Of a DNA stretch of 34,027 nt, positions 21,455 through 32,877 are shown piece by piece. The notes beneath the pieces were generated by a model. It saw only the letters and a program-made list of their open reading frames with translations. It was not told the DNA's origin and did no database searches. The position numbers and the translations under genes are program-made. The number at the start of each line of letters is the position of its first letter. The stretch's first letter is position 1. The DNA is taken from NCBI GenBank assembly GCA_000934665.2, contig JYFJ02004191.1:1-34027 (forward strand), read 5' to 3'. The stretch is from Catajapyx aquilonaris (taxonomy: Eukaryota).

Positions 21455-21879
21455 GTGGACACTGCCGGACAATGGACTGCCACGCAAAGGATGACCTCAT
21501 CGACCCAGTCCACTTCAACAACTCCAGACATTTATTTGTGCCACTGCCTCCATGCAAGAAGAAAAATAACTTGGGACTTCCTCGTTGGATTAATTTATAC
21601 ACATTCGAGTTTACATAGTGATCTTCTTACAAATTTAAATTATGAACATGACAGCAGTTAATTATTGGCTGCGTATATACTGGATGCACAAGCGAGAGAG
21701 ACTCGACAATCTCTTGATGCCAGGTTTTGTTGAATACACCCATATTTTGGGGGTCATTCGTTTGCAATTTTTTTTTGTACTTCATTTTGGACTTTGGTAT
21801 TGCACATAACGATGTTAATTTTTTTTTTCTTCATTAAATGGCATGGAGAGGAACAATGGTTCTGAATTTCTTTGCATTA

Positions 21880-22085
21880 CCGTTTGGTGTTGGTGGAATA
21901 AATAAGGTCACTTTGCATCGACCAAAAGTTTCGAAATCAAATTAATTTATGGTGAATATATATTAATTTATGGTCTCGCATTTTTACGAGGGCTTCCTGA
22001 CATTTTTTGGCAGGCGTAGTCATTCGAGCAAATTTTCACGTTCGGCAGGCTCACTCGAATAATTTTTCCATTAACGTAAGACAGG
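21880..22085. repeat. Non-coding ~205-bp segment duplicated at about 22732-22942
   Basis: Both copies run from ccgtttggtgttggtggaataaa through gtttcgaaatcaaattaatttatggtgaata to agacaggt. Confidence 0.85.
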
Positions 22086-23239
22086 TAATTTAATCATGGA
22101 GTCATACTGTTGCAAAAAAAATACGTGAGAAGAGGGAATCGAGATTTGTGCAAAATTTTGTTATATAACATGCAGGTAATAACTCGGGAAAGAGACGCCT
22201 CAATCAATTTGTTTCCACCGTGCTGTTAGCTGGAACATTACGAGGTTGGACACTAGCGCACTCCTAATTATAATGATTCCTAATTGACGTTAAATCGAGG
22301 CTTAGAGGCTGTTAGGAGTTTGCCTTTTTGTACATTTTTTGGTGTATAAATTTAATGGGCCATTTTAGAAGTGTGTGGTATATATACAAGTGCATGGACA
22401 CAGATGTGTGAACAAGTCAAAACTACATTTTATGATCCGAATTTTTGACAGAACATGAAATTACCCGTAAACCATGTTTAGGTGTATGATGTCACGAAAA
22501 AAAATAAATCTCATGTTCAGACGCACAGGCTAAAAGTCATTAAAACGTGATCCTTTCCGGTGAGTTGCATTTAGTTCACATTCTAAGATTTTCTGTATTA
22601 TTCGGTAAAATTGGGCATAATAATTTACAATTGCTATTAAAATTAAAATAAACAGTATGAGAGTTAATAATTCTAGTCCGCTTCATTAAATGCAATGGAC
22701 AGGCCAGATGGTTTTGAATTAATTTGCATTTCCGTTTGGTGTTGGTGGAATAAACAGGTCACTTTGCAAATCGACCAACAGTTTCGAAATCAAATTAATT
22801 TATGGTGAATATGTTTTAATTTATGGTTTCTCGCATTGTAAGAGGGCTTACAGACTGTAATTTTTTGCAGGCGTACCCATTCGAGCAATCTTCACTTTCA
22901 GTAGGCTCGCTCGAATAATTTTTCAGTTAACGTTAGACAGGTCAAATCATTTCTTCCTCGTCGTATGTGCTGTACTCCATATAAGTAATTATTATGCTAA
23001 CAATATTCCGGCACTTTTTGTATAGTGACTCACTTGTCAGCAGAAATGAATAGATTTCCAACGCTCTCAATTTCCTGTATACATAATTAAAGACATTTGA
23101 ATCCAGAGGCCAACACCTGGAGAGCAGCTTTGGGATCAATATTCCAGTGAATAATTCACTGGAATGACTCACTGCGGCAACTGCTCGTAATGCGCATCGT
23201 TCAAGACTTGGTCATACACGAGTACGTGCCCAGCAGAGG

Positions 23240-23650
23240 ATGATGGTCTCGTTCCCAGCTCTGATCGTCATGCTGACGTTCACATCAGTCTTCAGCGGTG
23301 ACTTGAGCAACAGCAATTGCCAAATCTGTAAGTGTCAATAACTATCTCGCAATATGTATTTTTATTTCAACTTGATTTCTGGTCACATACTATGCAAGTT
23401 TAATGTTCCTGATGCATTATTTCTCTCATTGCAAGGTCTGCCACAAGACCCCGTGGAATGCCCTTCAATGGTTGTGCCCTTCCCATACTGCGGCAATGTG
23501 ACTCGATGTCCGGAGGACGGCTGTTGTCCGGAGGGCCAGAAGTGCTGCACCCAAATCTGCTTCAATGGGATCAACTGTCTCGGCGCTGTGCAGACCTGCC
23601 GACCTGAAGACCCAATCGAAAATGTGTTCTTGAAACTGACAGGCCAATAA
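23240..23650 (+). CDS. Secreted cysteine-rich WAP (four-disulfide core)-like peptide, about 100 aa, 2 exons
   Basis: Exon 23240-23327 encodes signal-peptide-like MMVSFPALIVMLTFTSVFSG and ends at a gtaagt donor. Exon 23436-23650 encodes ECP...C...RCPEDGCCPEGQKCCTQIC...C. AATAAA at 23673. Confidence 0.8.
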
Positions 23651-23994
23651 TAAGAATTTAAAAAAAAAGTGCAATAAAATGCTATACGTGAAGATATTTG
23701 GATGTATTAATTTGTGCTCTGATCAATTACGGCATTGCCGTACGTATTAGTGTGAGAGATAATCATTAAACAAAGAGTTCACTATTGCGTATGGATACAG
23801 CCTATGACACTTCCATCTCCTTTTTTGGTTGCAACTTGCATTAAAATTAAAGTGCTATTAAATTGGCTGGAGTCTGTACCTCCAGGTTTGGTGAGTCATC
23901 ATCTAGGTTCATGTATAGTGCCACTTTCCCCTGCATGACCCTGAGAGTTCATGATTAATTAAAAGTATTTAAAATGACCGAATATTAGCGATCC

Positions 23995-24061
23995 GCGATC
24001 GCAGTTAAGGTAGCCGTTACTTGTAGAGCTACAAGTAACGGCTACCTTAAACTGCGATCGC
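23995..24061. repeat. Near-perfect hairpin upstream of LRR gene 1
   Basis: gcgatcgcagttaaggtagccgttacttgtag-ag-ctacaagtaacggctaccttaaactgcgatcgc. A caagatggccgc motif follows at about 24104. Confidence 0.85.
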
Positions 24062-24859
24062 TTCAAAGCAGCTGCGTTTCATTCGACCCGCCATGTTCGA
24101 TTCAAGATGGCCGCTCCGAAGGAATGGAATTTCTCGATTTCTCCTCACATTTTTGGCAATATTCGAGCTTTTCGTGGCGTGGATGACCTTTTGGACTAGA
24201 GGAGAAGACTCTGGGGGCTGCCCCGGGTTCGGGGAGAGTAGAACAGGTAATGATTGCTGCCTACCAGCACCTCCATAAGATCACTGATCACTAGAGTAAA
24301 GATTTAATAATGATCACTAGTTAATATTAATGACAAATATGACCTTGAATGTCTAAAATTAGCAAACAAATATATTTTTTTTGCACATTTTAATGTCCGC
24401 AGAGAAGACTAGTGCCTTACTTCCAGTTACTTCCAGGATTTGTCAGCGTGTGCCTTTACCCTGGAGCTGGAGAAAAAGGAGAATTTTTTGCTGGAGGCTT
24501 GAAAGGACTTTGAAAGACTCCCTGGAACAACTTGGAACAACCGGTAATAATTTTTTGGCCTGAGTCGACATGAGTGAGCTGGATTTAGCATTTGGGCATT
24601 GGCCGAGTATCCCTGAGAATGCACGTGATAATGTACCCACTGGTTACAATAATACAGCAAATGCGAAAATCTGGAGTTCGTCAAGATTGGTAATGAAAGC
24701 CAGATTCTTAACACTGTGAGATTCCGCAATTCACTTCTTGAATTATTGCATGTTTAATAGTACTCATTGACTTCCCAATAGCGAAAAAGTAGCGAGAGGA
24801 ATGTTTAAATTTTACGTACAGAAAGTACCCTGTTTAATGATGCTTCAATTTTCCAGGCC

Positions 24860-26365
24860 ATGCCAAGAAGGAGACAGCCTCAAAGTCTGAGACACTTGAG
24901 TGTGAGCTGCCTGGCCAGCACTGTCCTGCAAGTGTCCAAGCGGAGCAACGGCCACAATCAGGATGGGATCAGCCAATTTGTGCAAGACATTCCGGAGATG
25001 TTTGCGAACGAATACGTATTGAAGATACTCAGGTTGTACTCAGAGGCGAAAGACGCAGCCTACAGCATTAGCCGTGCATTTCATCCCAAATGCACCAAGA
25101 TTACCGCAGAAGATGGAATGGGCTATTTGACACTCCCGTCACATAGTTACTGCCAATTGTTTATGAATCTGCATGTTATGAATGAGCTGCAGGTTTTTAA
25201 AGCTTTCTTTTGCGGGAGGGACGAATCTGCTGTTCACGATGTGTTAAGATCTCATCCGTTTCCCAATCTGAGCAAACTCCGTGAAGTTTCGATAACGCAA
25301 ATTCCAGATGCACAACACCTGGAGCAGGTGATTGAAAATTGTCCGCTCCTGGAGAATGTGATGACTGAAGGCCTCTTGACACGCGATATTCACATTGTTT
25401 CAAGCTGCAGGCACCTTAAAACATTTTGGGCTTATCCCATTAATCCTGATGTTGCCGTACATCTGCTTGAGAACCTGCCCAACCTGGAATGTCTGAGTAT
25501 TGAAAATGTGCCCCAATTGTTGCCACTCTGTACACGGGCATATCCTTTGAAGCGATTTGCTTCGTATGTGAAGCCAATCGGAGTCGCTGACATACCAAAG
25601 CTCGTGACCCACTTTCCGCATCTGGAAGATCTAAACCTAAACATTGATAGTGACGCAGATGCAAGCCCCATTAACCATCTCCTAGGCCTCAAACGCTTCA
25701 TAATAAGAAGAGGTTCGGCTTCCAGACTTGTCTGCCTGAGAGACGTTCTCATGGGTCGTATTTCCTGGTTAACAATTCTTAATGTCACCAACCTTAATTT
25801 GTTGTTCTCACTAGAGATGAAGCTTCCAAGCGCACAGCTCAAATCCCTGATAATTTCAGGATGCACTGGCATCAACGTGGCTGCCATCGGTCAGATATTT
25901 CCAGATTTGCAGTCACTCGACTTGTTTGGCAGTGAATTCGAACCTCTTCCTCCATGCCAAATGATGACAGGTTCTGCTTTTCAAGCACTTGAAGAATTGA
26001 AGATTAATCAGAATGTGCCGATGGTTCATGCTAAATATCTGCTGTCAGCATCCGGCAACAAATTAAAGGAACTCCAATTGTCCAACTCATCAGACGTTTC
26101 GACTGCATGTGAACTTCTGTCTGGAGCTAGACTGAAGGAGTTGCGTGAAATCGTCGTGAGTGACGCGAAGGTGACAAAAGATGTCATCCCAATAATTTTG
26201 GCTGCATGCGGAGATCACTTGGCAGTGGCAAGTGTGTGCGGTGATAATATGGAAATGTCAGTGGATGAAGACCTTGCGTTGAAAAGTCAGTTGCGACCGT
26301 ACGACATGATCTTTGATGTCTCAACCCCAGTCACATTTGGGTTGTTAGATGTGAATGGCAATTAA
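24860..26365 (+). CDS. Leucine-rich-repeat protein with N-terminal BC-box-like motif (LRR gene 1), 501 aa, intronless CDS
   Basis: Uninterrupted ORF with LxxLxL repeats (LPNLECLSI, FPHLEDLNL, FPDLQSLDL) and N-terminal PQSLRHLSVSCL. The acceptor tttccag|gccATG implies a spliced 5' UTR. Confidence 0.88.
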   Translation: MPRRRQPQSLRHLSVSCLASTVLQVSKRSNGHNQDGISQFVQDIPEMFANEYVLKILRLYSEAKDAAYSISRAFHPKCTKITAEDGMGYLTLPSHSYCQLFMNLHVMNELQVFKAFFCGRDESAVHDVLRSHPFPNLSKLREVSITQIPDAQHLEQVIENCPLLENVMTEGLLTRDIHIVSSCRHLKTFWAYPINPDVAVHLLENLPNLECLSIENVPQLLPLCTRAYPLKRFASYVKPIGVADIPKLVTHFPHLEDLNLNIDSDADASPINHLLGLKRFIIRRGSASRLVCLRDVLMGRISWLTILNVTNLNLLFSLEMKLPSAQLKSLIISGCTGINVAAIGQIFPDLQSLDLFGSEFEPLPPCQMMTGSAFQALEELKINQNVPMVHAKYLLSASGNKLKELQLSNSSDVSTACELLSGARLKELREIVVSDAKVTKDVIPIILAACGDHLAVASVCGDNMEMSVDEDLALKSQLRPYDMIFDVSTPVTFGLLDVNGN

Positions 26366-27018
26366 TTGTTCTGCATGGCACTGTGGAACATCAAACTGCA
26401 AACAGGGTCATACAGGGTCATTATCAGTAGTGAGTAATATTGCGTAATTTCATTTACATGTTGCTGTGTAGCCGATTCCATTAGTGCAAAACAAGTAGGT
26501 TTTGTACTTTGCGTAAACGCTATTCTCAAGTTAAAATTCACGGGTTAGTTTACGCAGGAAGGTATACCCGGTATACCAATAATTGCAGTGTATGTGTAAT
26601 TTATTATTACGCGTTTAATTTTGGTGTATGACGTCATGAAAATAAATCTCATATTCAGATCCACAGGCTACCTAATTAAATGTGATCCTTTCAGGTAGTA
26701 ACAGAAATAATATTTTATTAAGCATAAGTTTTAGCAAATATGTGAGTGGAAAAAATTGGACATAATTTACTGCAATTAAACGAACATCCTGGAAGATATC
26801 GTAATCATTCTGTGGTCATTTTGAAGCTTTGAAAATTATTAAATATCGAAATTACGCACGCCAATAAGTCGGACACATAACAATTGGTTCTAAAAAAAAA
26901 AAAATCCCTAGTTTAGACAGTTTTTTGGGAGGTAAAACGTAAACACCTCAGTGTGATCTACTACTCAATTTTAATACAATTAACAACATTATTATATCGC
27001 ATGAAATTTTGACATGTT

Positions 27019-29452
27019 CTAGAGGTATCGTTGCACAAAATGCCAGAACCCCATGAAGTTGACCATCTCCCTGGACCGGCTGTCTCCGTAGTCCACCTCA
27101 TACCCTGCGTACACGACCTGGCCCGAGAGACACAGGGTCAGGTCGTACATCCTGAGCTGCTTCTGCAAGTGGTACATGTCGCTCAGGAACATTGGGCTCA
27201 GATGCGCTCCGCTCAGCTGGACCTTCTCCAGGCAACTGCTGTTCTTGAAAGCCTCCAGCACCACCTCCAGTATGTCCTCTCTGAGATGGTCGCTGTCCAG
27301 GTTCAGACTACGAAGGTTTATCGCTGGATTCCTCCTGGAACATTGGTTTATTAGTAGCTTACTACTGTAGATAAAAAAACTGTGTTGCGCTCGTTTCAGG
27401 GTCGTGCGAGAGGTGGACGAAGCACTAACTTGTTTATCTGCACAAGTACTTGAACCGTGACTGCGTTGCATCCCAGCAGCTCCAGTGACTCCAGTCCTTG
27501 ACACGAGCACAGCAGGAACTGGAGGTGGTCTTCCTGGACGTTGTCGGTGAAGACGATGGACAGAGACTGCAACGTGTGGAATGGCGTGTCCGTGTACGGC
27601 GAGGCCACTTCGGTCACCTCGCATTCCTCGATGCACAGGTGCTGAAGGTTCGGGAACACCTCGCTGATACCGGACACGTCGACGTCCTCGCACATGTACA
27701 GGCTAAGGTTCTGGACGTTCGGGAACACGGATTGGTCGTACCTCTTGATGGTGATGTCCACCTGAGACGTGTCTATGAGGGTGAAAGTGGTCAGGCGACG
27801 CAGACACGGTCTCAGCTCGATGGTCAGGAAAGGAAGAGGGTACGTGCTGCTCTCGATGGTCAGGTCCACCAGGCCGACCAGCTGGTTGAGCGGTGCCAGC
27901 GGAGTGGACACGTTGGTCAGCCTGACTATGAGCACGTCCAACAAAGGGAAGTGACGCACCAGCCTGTCCAGGACACCCGGGTCGTTATCGATCGGGGTCT
28001 GAAAGTCCTTCAGGTTGTACCTCTGGTCCTGGAACTCGCTGAGGACCCCGGACATGTTCGGTACCGACAGGACCTCCGATAGACAAAGACAGTCTTTTAT
28101 TAATATTATAATACTCGCTGCGACACCCGGCGTTGCTCGGGAAGAAATGAACGGAAAGCAAGCTGAAAAGGACATGCAAAAAAAACATGTAATTAAGAAT
28201 CTTAATTAAAGCAAGATTAAAGGAAGGACGGGAGAGGTTGGGAGGTGTAGGAGGCGGACCACAGATGGCAGGCATATGGGTTATTGGCGTTCCAGGCGGA
28301 CAGACAGACAGATCACAAACGGCTTTATTTGTATAGAAGATATGAATTAATGAAGAATTTGCCAAAACTTGGCAACACCGCCCGGACCGTGGACTTAGTA
28401 CCACATCCCTCACATAGATGGCACACACTACTCGGACAAACAGGGGGCACAGACCCAAGCCTTGGCAACGTCGCAAACGTCGGCCAATTTGTTCTCCCGT
28501 TGGTGTTTGTGTCATCTGTATGGCTTTTGGGTGACCGCACCAGTGCTGTCCGTCTTGTGGCGCCGAAGCCCAACGAACGTTATTGTGGCTTGACCGCCGC
28601 TGCTTACTGTTGGTGTCATCTAGTGAGGCGCTGGAGTGACCGCATCTGGATTTGTGGCCCTGCCAGGCACGGTACGTCGCGATTGCCCGGCGTGGGTTGT
28701 GTATCCGCGACATTACTGCCCGTCTTGTGCGCCGCAGCCCAACGAACGTTATTGTGGCTTTGCCAATTTGCCATTTGTTTAAAAAATATCGGAATTCTGT
28801 AAATATGAGTTACCTCCAGTAGTGGCAGGGCGTCCAGGATGTATATGATGTCTTCTGCCGTCGCTTCGGGACAGTCCACCAAGGCCTTCTGGAGGTGTCC
28901 GAAGCTGGTGAGCAACAGGAACTGGTTTGTGGACATCGGATAGAGCAGCTGGATCCTCTCCAGCTGGTGACAATGTCTGATCAATCCGTTCATCAGCTGG
29001 GGCTCGACCGGTACTGGAAGCTGCAGATCTCGGACGCTCTTCATCCTGTGGACGTTCTCGATGGCGATTCTGTCGTCGAAGTCGGACGGAAAGTATATCC
29101 CGGCCCTCAAGGTGGTCAGGTCCGGCATGGCGTCCAGGTTGTCGAAGAGCTGGCGACACACGACGGTCGAGATGACCGTTCGTATGTCCGCGCACATGTA
29201 GGACAGGTCGACGTCGTCGCATCGCGGATGGAACGCGTCTCGAAGGCTCACCTCCGCGTCGCGACTCCAACGCTTCCTGGATGCCAGATCCAGCAACGTG
29301 TAGACGTACGCGTTGGCCAGGTGCGGCGGAACGCGTCTGACGTACCACCGGACACCCTCGTCGTTCTTGCCGGCCAGCTTCTCACACGCGTCGATGACCG
29401 CATGAGTCACACAGTGTAGCGACAGACCTTCCAATGTCTTCCTCTTAGGCAT
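27019..29452 (-). CDS. LRR protein with BC-box-like N-terminus (LRR gene 2), about 532 aa, 3 coding exons
   Basis: Exons 29452-28814 (MPKRKTLEGLSLHCV...AFHPRC), 28073-27430, 27334-27019, totalling 1599 nt. The junctions LPLLE|VLSVPN and QINK|RNP restore alignment to the paralogs. Confidence 0.8.
28114..28340 (-). mobile_element. Non-autonomous Helitron-like element in LRR gene 2 intron 1
   Basis: The minus strand begins TC (tcttctatacaaataaag), carries a (tctg)n tract, and ends with hairpin ccgagcaacgccggg and a CTAG-like CGAG|T. Confidence 0.6.
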
Positions 29453-30009
29453 TGCTACATCACAAAAACAAGTGAAAACTGGCAACACCGTGCGCGTAGT
29501 ACCACATCCCTCACATAGATGATGGCCACCATCAGGGTAATGCGAGTGGCTACGCGAGGGATGTGGTACTACATGCACTTGTCGCCCCCCGGACACTAAG
29601 AATATGCATACATTACACTAATTGACATCACTTGCCTTAAATTCAGGGTGTGTGGTGACTGGCAGATTCGCGCAATTAATGTGATTAATAAGTCCTAATT
29701 TGACTAGGTATTTTAAAAAACGGCAAGTCCAGGATTACAACAATTTTTTTCGATTAATAATGAGAAGGGCATAGCTTAGCAACAGTGAAGTACTTGGATT
29801 AACGGCTCTCTGACTGTCAGGCCAACGAACGTTACTGTGGCTTTGCCACCGCCGCCGCCTGGTGTCATCTGTGAAGCGTTGGAGTGACCGCACCAGTACT
29901 TTGTGACGCTCATAGGCCCGGATTCCAACAATGTTTTGAACTAATAACGAAGTGAGTACCGGTATCTCAGCAACAAGTACTCGATTATTGCCAATCTTTT
30001 ATTACTTAT

Positions 30010-32821
30010 TCACGCATGAGCATGATCCTGCAGGTAAATGGCGAAACCCAGCAGGTTGTCGTCTCCCACAGCCGGATTCTCCTTCAGGCCGTCGTAGTAC
30101 CCTGAGTAAATCGCCTGGCTACCAACCAACAACATCATGTCCGACATGCGCAGCATTTGACGCAGCTGCGTCTTGACCGCCTCGTCCAGCCCTTGATGAA
30201 GCTGAGGCCCGCTGAGATCAACCCTCTCCAGGACTAGGTTGGGCACGAAAGATCTCATGAGGATCGGGATCATCTCGTTGGTCAAGGCTTCGCTCTCCAG
30301 AGACAAGAACCTGCAGAAGTGAAGAATAGAGTTCAACACTATATCTTCATCGGAATGTGTCCGTTGTGTCATCTGTATGGCTTCGGGGTGACCGCACCAG
30401 TATTGATGTGCCCCCGCCAGGCACGGTCCGGCTCATTGCCCGATGATTTTAGTCTGCGGTCTTATTGCCGGTGCTGTATATCAGCGTCGCAGTCAAACGA
30501 ACGTTATTGTGGCTTTGCCAAGGCCCAAGCAACAATATTTTTAACAATAAATAAATAAATAACCAACGCGAGCTTTAGAGGATAGGAAAAGCCACGTCTC
30601 ATTCGTTTAAAGTCTCAATTAATAAATAAACACGCTAGCTTAGATTTGGCAAAGCCACAATAACGTTAGTTTGTCTTAATTAATTAATTAATTAATTAAT
30701 AGCTATGCGAGCTTTGGGACCTGGCAATGCCACAATAACGATCGTTTCTTAATTAATAAATAACTATGCGAGCTTGGGGATCTGGCAATGCCACAATAAC
30801 GTTTGTTTGTCTTACTAATAAATAACCATGCGATCTTTAGACTAGAAAACGCCACAATAACGTTCGTTTGTCTTAATTAATTAATTAAGTAATTAATAAT
30901 TAATAACTATGCGAGATTGGGACCTGGCAATGCCACAATAACGTTCGTTTGTCTCAATTAATTAATTAATTAATTAATAACTATGCGAGATTGGGACCTG
31001 GCAATGCCACAATAACGTTTGTTTGTCTTAATAAATAACCATGCGATCTTTAGACTAGAAAACGCCACAATAACGTTCGTTTGTCTTAATTAATTAATTA
31101 GTAATTAATAATTAATAACTATGCGAGATTGGGACCTGGCAATGCCACAATAACGTTCGTTTGTCTTAATAAATAACCATGCGAGCTTTAGACTAGAAAA
31201 CGCCACAATAACGATCGTTTGTCTTAATTAATTAATAACCATGCGAACTGACTAATTGTGCAGAGAGGGATGATGCGCCATCTATGCGAGAACATGGTGC
31301 TACGACATTTATAATACACTTCTCATGCCTGAGCTGGTTCAGTGGGTTCCTGGCGTGTATGGTGGTGATCAGAGACGGTGTGATGCCGCACTGGCACCCG
31401 GTGACCTCAAGGTCATTCAGGCCGAAGCAGCAGCTCAGCAGGTAGGTCAGATGGTCGCTGGTGACCCCGTCGCTGTCGCATATCGAGGCCGACGAGAGGT
31501 GACGAAAGTTGCGATGGAAGCTGAAGTTGCTGGCCAGATACACCAACTCGCACTTTTCCAGGCGGACCTTCTCCAGGTTCGGAAACGCGAATCCGATCCC
31601 GGCTATTTCGACGTCCTTGCACGACTGGAGGGTCAGGGAGGTCAGCAGAGGGAAGGTCGTGGACCTGTCGGTCCTGAACGTGTTGCTGAGCGTGGTGTAG
31701 CCCTCGAGGGCCAGGGAGGTCAGATTCTCCAGGGATGACCGCAGCTGGTACATGATGAACGGGGAATTGTAATGTAGACAAGACAGCGACAGGTCCTTCA
31801 GGTCCACGAAGCCATTGATTGTGTCCATCCTGTCCAGTCCGGCCTCCTCCACTTTCAGGGTGGTCAGCCACGGAAAAAACTGCAAAGGAAATGCGTTTTT
31901 AGACCTTTTCTCTACAAAAAAAAGTCGTATAGAACGGTTGTGTCTGTCTGTGGACAGGTATCAGGGACCAAGCCGCATGAGATAGCGACAAACGGTTTTC
32001 GGATTCGGAGGACACTAAATAAGTTTAATGGCCAACTTCCGGTGACCGGGCACTTCCGGTTTTCCGGGTTCACTCTATCCGCCAAGGTCAAATGGCATCA
32101 TTTAGAAATTAGTTTCCTCGCGTTCGTTGGCAACAGGAAATGTGACTGACTACAATCAATGTTGTCCTCTTCGAATGGGATTGTCGTCAGCCTCATTTCC
32201 CTCTGCCAAATGAAAAAAAAAGTCTACTCGAATCATCCAATCTTGCTTAAAATGTCAAAGGTCAGGAAGAGGCATACTTCAAACAGCTTGTCCAAGTGCG
32301 AATCCCTGTTGTCGATGGTGTTGCCGAAGTCCTGTAGCGTGTACTCGCGAGTGCATGCTTCCAGCACGTCTTCGATGATGGGTATGGACAGGTACACCAG
32401 TCGAGGGATTCGGTCCAGGATGTACATAATATCATCGGTGGTCATGTCGACGCTAGCGAAGTTCAGACTGGTCAGATTGTCAATCCTGGAGAGGATCCTG
32501 ATCTGCTCTGAGTTGACCTCTCCAAGAAGATGAAGGTCCTCCAGATCCGTACAGTTGTGTGCCAGTCTCTCCACGAACGACGTTCTGACCTGACAGGACA
32601 GCTGGAGTGTCCGAAGCTTACGGAGGCACGGGACATGCCGACACGCGTAACGTCGGTCGAAGCTGCCCGGAAAGAACACCCCGGACTTGAGGAACTCCAT
32701 GTCCGACATCACGTCCAGGTTGGCAAAGAGCTGGCTGCACACAGGGGCGGACATGCCTCTGTGGAAGTTCCAGCACATGTCGGACAGGTCCAGTCGGGTA
32801 CATCCAGGGTGCAGGGCATGT
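30010..32821 (-). CDS. LRR gene 3, partial (N-terminal exon lies upstream, probably at or beyond the window end)
   Basis: Exons 32821-32278 (HALHPGCTRLDLS...), 31879-31329, 30310-30010. Phases are consistent if the last intron uses a GC donor (CAG|GCATGA). Collinear with LRR gene 2. Confidence 0.75.
30650..31235. repeat. Minisatellite with core gccacaataacgttcgtttgtcttaat and (taat)n spacers
   Basis: Tandem units are directly visible. The core is the reverse complement of the 13456-13985 satellite core. Confidence 0.9.
31896..32235 (+). mobile_element. HINE/DINE-1-like (Helentron-type) element in an LRR gene 3 intron
   Basis: tttttagacc start, (gtct)n tract, core ggacaggtatcaggg...acttccggt...ccgccaaggtcaaat, and an aaaagtctactcgaatca end shared with the copies at 32880-33905. 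Confidence 0.55.
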
Positions 32822-32877
32822 CTGGAAGTGTACAGAAGATGAGTCATTCACACAAATTTTCTCGTCAAAATATCTGC

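Noticed and set aside
30650..31235. CRISPR-like array
   Set aside because: The intervening sequences are themselves repeated and (taat)n-rich, so this is an intronic satellite.
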